In this document: positions 57,457-64,000 of the stretch, in pieces
Numbering within the stretch: position 1 is the stretch's first letter
Layout of the letters: every line of letters starts with the position of its first letter
Origin: Zygnema circumcarinatum SAG 698-1b
Taxonomy: Eukaryota > Plantae > Zygnematophyceae
NCBI GenBank assembly: GCA_037447605.1
Contig: CM074804.1
Coordinates: forward strand, 8,597,356-8,661,355
Reading direction: 5' to 3'
Length of the DNA stretch: 64,000 nucleotides
Program-made: the position numbers and the translations under genes
The notes under the pieces: generated by a model
What the model saw: only the letters and a program-made list of their open reading frames with translations
Database searches by the model: none
What the model was told of the DNA's origin: nothing

Positions 57457-58014
57457 ATATCCATCTCAACATTACCATTCAGCATAAGGATTCATTGTTT
57501 CTCGGTGATTTCAATATTCATTGTACATTTGAAGTCGGAAATTAGCAAGCTCAGTTGAGGAGGTGATTCATATGTAAACTTTATGATGCTTAAGGATGAT
57601 ATTTTTTCCTCGGTTGCGGAGGCTAGAGTAGGAATGTGACAAAGCTAAGAGTCCTTTTAAGGCATTTGGAGGCACGTGAACACAACGTGATATGAAAGAT
57701 TTCTAGTCAATTAGTAACTTTTGTTCTCTCTTCCTCTCTTTCCCCCTCCCCCCCCTCTCTCGCCATCCCGAGGTCCTACACCCTCCCCCTCCCGCTCCTC
57801 TCTCGTTTTCTCTCCCTCTGCCCCGACTTGCCATCCCGCACTTTCTCTCCCAATGTCCTGTTGGCCTCACAAGCTCAATTGGTCAGATATAAATGTTGAC
57901 TTCATGATAGACAACATCATCATATAGAGGAACATAGTCCTCCCTAATTTAGGTCCATTTAGAGCATAGGCCCCAAGAGGAAGAATGTTGTACGGGACTA
58001 AAGGCCGTACAACG

Positions 58015-58080
58015 TTTTTAGGGTTTTTAGGGTTATTAGGGTTTTTAGGGTTATTAGGGTTTTTAGGGTTTTTAGGGTTT
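58015..58080 (+). repeat. Interstitial telomeric tract, seven 9-bp units (TTTTTAGGG x5, TTATTAGGG x2), same polarity as the terminal telomere
   Basis: Read directly from the sequence. Confidence 0.95.
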
Positions 58081-58092
58081 TGACTCCCCCTA

Positions 58093-58267
58093 GGGGGAGT
58101 CAGACCTTGACCATCGCCTAACCAATTTCGTAAGCCCGTCGGGCCAATTCTGCCTTGTACGGCAGGCCTTTTTCGCAAAAAGTGGACGTTCGGCAGGTTC
58201 GGGCGCCGCGAATTCAAGAGAGCAATTTCGTAACCTTTTGCATCTCCGGGCAAGGTCTGACTCCCCC
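58093..58267. mobile_element. 175-bp MITE-like element with perfect 17-bp terminal inverted repeats
   Basis: GGGGGAGTCAGACCTTG (58093-58109) and its reverse complement CAAGGTCTGACTCCCCC (58251-58267). The left flank is TA and the right flank is TT, so there is no perfect TSD. Confidence 0.55.
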
Positions 58268-58403
58268 TTTTCGCCCCGCCGCGCTCCCTCCGCCGCCCGC
58301 CGCCCGCCGCCCTCCGTTTTGTCGCCACGCGCGTCACCACCGCGCGAGCGGCGTCCCGCCGCCTGCCCGCTGCTCGCTCGCTGCGAGCTCAGATCAGCTC
58401 GGG

Positions 58404-58424
58404 TTTAGGGTTTAGGGTTTAGGG
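58404..58424 (+). repeat. (TTTAGGG)3 Arabidopsis-type telomeric heptamers / clustered telo-boxes
   Basis: Read directly, within a GC-rich promoter-like context. Confidence 0.9.
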
Positions 58425-58574
58425 CTCCTCCCTCGCCGCCGCCCGAGCCATCCTTGCAGCGGAGCGAGCAGAGCGACCTCTCGCCTCCCCCCAGTGAACG
58501 GTGAGCCGGCGACGACGGCAAAAGTGCGACCGGTGAGCAAGTGACGACGGCGGACTTGAGCAGCGGTGAGTCCT

Positions 58575-58637
58575 TGCCCCTGCCCCTGCACCTGCCCTTG
58601 CCTCCCTCGCCCTTGCCCATGCCTCCCTTGTCTCCCT

Positions 58638-58668
<31 letters not shown>

Positions 58669-58768
58669 TTTTCTGCTGCTGCTGCTGTTGCTGTGGGGCT
58701 GCTGCTGCTCTTGCTGCTTTTCCTGCCGCTGCTCTTGCTGCTGTTGCTCCTGCTGCTTTTCCTGTTGC

Positions 58769-58802
<34 letters not shown>

Positions 58803-59090
58803 CATACTGCTGCTGCTGCTCTTGCTGTTGTTGTTCCTGCTGCTTTTTCTGCTTCTTTTGCTGCTGCTGCTGCTGCTGCTGTGGCTGCTGCTCTTGATGC
58901 TGCTCCAGCCTTTTTTTTTTTTTTGCTTTTGCATTCTGCATTCTGCATTTTGCATTCCGCATTCCGCATTCCGCATTCTGCCTCCCTTGCCTTTGCCCGA
59001 GCCTCCTTTGCCCTTGCCCCTTGCTGTGTTGCCCTTGCCTCTGTCTCCCTTGCCTTTGCTTGTGCCTCTTGTTCCTTTGCTTGCGCTTCT
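58575..59090. repeat. Composite simple-repeat block: GCCCCT/GCCCTT hexamers, degenerate (CTG)n, poly-T, (GCATTCY)n heptamers, GCCTTT hexamers
   Basis: Read directly. It explains the poly-Q, poly-C and poly-L ORFs in the track. Confidence 0.9.
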
Positions 59091-59133
59091 GTTGTGTGTA
59101 TGACTGTATGTTATTCCTCCCCCTTCCCATTAA

Positions 59134-59204
59134 GTTGAGGTGGCGGATTGGTTACGCAACTGTTGCAAAACAGTAATAAAGGGGTTCAAATCCCCTCTTC
59201 GACT
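59134..59204 (+). tRNA. tRNA-Cys(GCA)-like gene, probably a pseudogene (anticodon loop one base short)
   Basis: Cloverleaf: acceptor GTTGAGG/CTTCGAC with T discriminator, D arm GCG...CGC with GG, anticodon stem ACTGT/ACAGT around TGCAAA, 5-nt variable loop, and T arm AGGGG-TTCAAAT-CCCCT. Confidence 0.6.
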
Positions 59205-59289
59205 TGTAGTGTTTATTCATTCTTCTATTTTTATTAATTTAAAGTATTTGTGTTTTTGCTTCATATGCCAAATATTTGTTTTCTACATG

Positions 59290-59671
59290 GCAGGGTTTTC
59301 TGCAATGCAAGGTTTTCTGCAATGCAAGGTTTTCTGCAAGGCAAGGTTTTCTTCAATGCAAGGTTTTCTGCAATGCAAGGTTTTCTGCAATGCAAGGTTT
59401 TCTGCAAGGTTTTCTGCAGGGCAAGGTTTTCTTCAATGCAAGGTTTTCTGCAATGCAAGGTTTTCTGCAATGCAAGGTTTTCTGCAATGCAAGGTTTTCT
59501 GCAGGGCAAGGTTTTCTGCAAGGCAAGGTTTTCTTCAATGCAAGGTTTTCTGCAATGCAAGGTTTTCTGCAATGCAAGGTTTTCTGCAGGGCAAGGTTTT
59601 CTGCAGGGCAAGGTTTTCCGCAAGGCAAGGTTTTCTTCAATGCAAGGTTTTCTGAAGTGCAAGGTTTTCTG
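59290..59671. repeat. 17-bp minisatellite, consensus GCAAGGTTTTCTGCAAT, about 22 units
   Basis: Read directly. Variants end in TTCAAT, GCAGG or GCAAG, and occasional 12-bp truncated units occur. Confidence 0.93.
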
Positions 59672-59976
59672 TTCTGGAACGGATCTTCGGGAGTTGAGGG
59701 CAGCACATCATTTCCAAGGTGAAACAGCTTCAAGCAGAAGTTTTGCCGCATCAGCAACTCTTCAAGGGGAAAGGGTGGATGTACCGCGGGCTGTCTTTCG
59801 TACCTTGGAGGATGGCCTACAGGTTTGCAATTGTAGCCTTCCGTACTGCTTTCGATGTAGCCTATGTCAGGAGGATTGTCTGCAGTTTTTTTCATGTACA
59901 TGATGCATCGCGGTGCAGGTGTGTATGCTTTATTGAAATATTGGCATTATGTGATTCCTTCTGTCATTTGACACAG

Positions 59977-61044
<1,068 letters not shown>

Positions 61045-61537
61045 TGACTGATCCATTTAGAAAGAAAGACAGACAAAGGGCAAAGACTCACTAAAGTGTG
61101 GGCCATATAGGAACCGCAAAAAGTTTGAGTGCTTGTGCATAACCAAGCTGCTAATTGGGGAAGGCAAGAGTGTGAACCGTTGCCAATGTCCCTTATAATG
61201 GTCTACTTGAAAGCATCTAGACCCAAGGTGTATAATAACATTGCCCATGCCCGTATCAACAGTAGATCACCTTGAAAATAAAGGATGCAGGCCTCACAGA
61301 CGCATCTATCTTGACTCCAAAGTGAAGTGCATGCAACGTTTACAAAAGTTGCTTTCAATGCATCCAGTGTTTCAAAATGTGCCGAACAAGATGTTCCCCT
61401 AACCCAGCCGTAATTAAGCCCACACCTAACACGCCATGCAATCATCTTCAGCTCTGGCGACGTCCAATTCTAGAAACTGCTGTGGAACCAAATTCCAAGA
61501 AAAATGTTTCAATCACTTTGTCAGATCTTTGCCAAAC

Positions 61538-61671
61538 CTTTTTATCCTTGATCTCGCTCGACTGTATCCATGCCTTAATCTGATCTCGATACCGTTGAAG
61601 TTTCTTGATCTCTTTTTTCAAGTCAGCATCAAACTTTTCTTTCTGGTTGGCGCTCTCTGTGTCGTTATCAC
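61538..61671 (-). pseudogene. NOT3: Isolated exon of CCR4-NOT subunit NOT3 (N-terminal domain)
   Basis: AG...GT-bounded 134-nt exon reading [42 protein letters not shown]. It is not in the ORF track, and no neighbouring NOT3 exons were found. Confidence 0.85.
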
Positions 61672-61976
61672 CTGTGCATTTACGGTGTGCAGAAAGTCAG
61701 CCAATCAACTCAACTTCGCGCTTATCACTGCTTTCAAAGCAAACTATTCCACGGTTCCACGAGGTTGCACTGAGGAACCAACGACGTTCAAGTGTTGCGA
61801 AAAGACTATCATTGCCTCAGTTAATTCCGGAGAGCTCTTGAATTCTATGTGTATGTAGAAAATGTGACACCCGCAGTTGATCCTTGCATCATATCAGCTT
61901 ATTCAATGTACCGTATACACCGAATGCCAAAGATGGATTTTGCTTTTCTTCAGTTTTAATTGAGTGTTAACCCATC

Positions 61977-64000
61977 TTTTTTTTTGGGTTTTTAGGGTTT
62001 TTAGGGTTTTTAGGGTTTTTAGGGTTTTTAGGGTTTTTAGGGTTTTTAGGGTTTTGGGGTTTAGGTTTTAGGGTTTTCGTTTTAGGGTTTTAGGGTTTTG
62101 GGTTTTAGGGTTTTTAGGGTTTTAGGGTTTTAGGGTTTTGGTTTTGGGTTTTAGGGTTTTGGGGTTTTCGTGGGTTTTAGGGTTTTGGGGTTTTGGGGTT
62201 TTAGGGTTTCGGGGTTTTAGGATTTTGGCGTTTTGGATTTTTAGGGTTTTGGGGTTTTGGCGTTTTGAGGTTTTAGGGTTTTGAGGTTTTAGGGGTTTAG
62301 GGTTTTAGGGTTTTTAGGGTTTTAGGGTTTTAGGGTTTTAAGTTTTTAGGGTTTTAGGGTTTTAGGGTTTTAGGGTTTTAGGGTTTTAGGGTTTTAGGGT
62401 TTTTAGGGTTTTAGGGTTTTAGGGTTTTAGGGTTTTAGGGTTTTAGGGTTTTAGGGTTTTAGGGTTTTTAGGGTTTTAGGGTTTTAGGGTTTTAGGGTTT
62501 TTAGGGTTTTAGGGTTTTAGGGTTTTAGGGTTTTTAGGGTTTTAGGGTTTTAGGGTTTTAGGGTTTTAGGGTTTTAGGGTTTTAGGGTTTTAGGGTTTTT
62601 AGGGTTTTAGGGTTTTGGGTTTTAGGGTTTTTAGGGTTTTAGGGTTTTAGGGTTTTAGGGTTTTTAGGGTTTTCCCTGGATTTTTAGGGTTTTTAGGGTT
62701 TTAGGGTTTTAGGGTTTTAGGGTTTTTAGGGTTTTAAGGGTTTTTAGGGTTTTAGGGTTTTAGGGTTTTAGGGTTTTTAGGGTTTTAGGGTTTTAGGGTT
62801 TTAGGGTTTTAGGGTTTTAGGGTTTTAGGGTTTTTAGGGTTTTAGGGTTTTAGGGTTTTTAGGGTTTTAGGGTTTTACCCCAGGGTTTTAGGGTTTTTAG
62901 GGTTTTAGGGTTTTTAGGGTTTTAGGGTTTTTAGGGTTTTAGGGTTTTAGGGTTTTACCCCAGGGTTTTAGGGTTTTAGGTTTTAGGGTTTTTAGGGTCT
63001 TTAGGGTTTTAGGGTTTTTAGGGTTTTAGGGTTTTAGGGTTTTAGGGTTTTAGGGTTTTAGGGTTTTAAGGTTTTAGGGTTTTTAGGGTTTTAGGGTTTT
63101 AGGGTTTTAGGGTTTTAGGGTTTTAGGGTTTTTAGGGTTTTTAGGGTTTTAGGGTTTTTAGGGTTTTAGGGTTTTAGGGTTTTAGGGTTTTTAGGGTTTT
63201 TAGGGTTTTAGGGTTTTAGGGTTTTAGGGTTTTAGGGTTTTAGGGTTTTTAGGGTTTTAGGGTTTTTAGGGTTTTTTAGGGTTTTTAGGGTTTTAGGGTT
63301 TTAAGGTTTTAGGGTTTTACCCCAGGGTTTTAGGGTTTTTAGGGTTTTAGGGTTTTAGGGTTTTAGGGTTTTGTTAGGGTTTTAGGGTTTTAGGGTTTTA
63401 GGGTTTTAGGGTTTTAGGGTTTTAGGTTTTAGGGTTTTTAGGGTTTTAGGGTTTTTAGGGTTTTAGGGTTTTAGGGTTTTTAGGGTTTTAGGGTTTTAGG
63501 GTTTTAGGGTTTTAGGGTTTTAGGGTTTTAGGGTTTTAGGGTTTTAGGGTTTTAGGGTTTTAGGGTTTTAGGTTTTAGGGTTTTAGGGTTTTAGGGTTTT
63601 AGGGTTTTAGGGTTTTAGGGTTTTAGGGTTTTAGGGTTTTAGGGTTTTAGGGTTTTAAGTTTTAGGGTTTTTAGGGTTTTAGGGTTTTAGGGTTTTAGAG
63701 GGTTTTAGGGTTTTTAGGGTTTTAGGGTTTTTAGGGTTTTAGGGTTTTTAGGGTTTTTAGGGTTTTAGAGGTTTTGGGTTTTAGGGTTTTAGGGTTTTTA
63801 GGGTTTTAGGGTTTTAGGGTTTTGGGTTTTAGGGTTTTTAGGGTTTTAGGGTTTTAGGGTTTTAGGGTTTTAGGGTTTTAGGGTTTTAAGGTTTTAGGGT
63901 TTTAGGGTTTTAGGGTTTTAGGGTTTTTAGGGTTTTAGGGTTTTTAGGGTTTTACTAGGGTTTTAGGGTTTTTAGGGTTTTAGGGTTTTAGGGTTTTTAG
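61977..64000 (+). repeat. Telomere: G-rich strand on +, mainly TTTTAGGG with frequent TTTTTAGGG; proximal (TTTTTAGGG)7 then a degenerate zone (~62052-62300)
   Basis: More than 2 kb of tandem repeats running to the window end. Confidence 0.97.

Noticed and set aside
57861-57960. tRNA-like 5' half (AGCTCAATTGGTCAGA), a minus-strand C/D-box pair (ATGATGA...CTGA), and a WSDINVDF integrase-like peptide
   Set aside because: There is no B-box or T arm, the C-D spacing is short with no terminal stem, and the peptide match is too short and followed by stops.
58404-58424. Possible telomerase RNA template (CCCTAAA repeats on the minus strand)
   Set aside because: Three full heptamers is longer than a template, it does not match the terminal octamer, and no type-3 Pol III promoter was seen.
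58405-59130. 241-aa poly-Q ORF on the minus strand
   Set aside because: It is entirely made of simple repeats, and all six frames are similarly open.
59290-59671. CRISPR-like array
   Set aside because: The units are directly tandem with no unique spacers, there are no cas genes, and the context is eukaryotic.

Overview
Gene-dense eukaryotic chromosome end from a green plant-lineage organism, most likely a streptophyte alga. The proteins resemble land-plant orthologues and introns are short to medium. Species not determined. About 57 kb holds 14 apparently intact intron-containing genes plus the 3' end of an FPA-like gene: NAA50, type II H+-pyrophosphatase, a coiled-coil/WD40 protein, a ~2,460-aa uncharacterised helical protein, RPB6, a dynein intermediate chain, DUF179, a SpoU methyltransferase, OPA3-like, a CHCH protein, PRCC, RINT1/MAG2, DEG8 and a C-terminal J-domain protein. 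Twelve of these are arranged as six head-to-head pairs on GC-rich promoters. The last ~6 kb is subtelomere plus telomere. An interstitial (TTTTTAGGG)7 tract is followed by a ~3.9-kb mosaic block containing a TIR-bounded MITE-like unit, simple repeats, a tRNA-Cys-like gene, a telomere-related 17-bp minisatellite, a multiply disrupted beta-amylase fragment and an isolated NOT3 exon. A second (TTTTTAGGG)7 tract then leads into >2 kb of mainly TTTTAGGG telomere running off the window. The most notable items are a cytoplasmic dynein-1-type intermediate chain in a lineage thought to lack dynein-1, a giant protein resembling an uncharacterised actinobacterial/fungal family, and the telomere-bounded gene-fragment cassette. 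All family assignments are from recalled sequence motifs; no searches were run.
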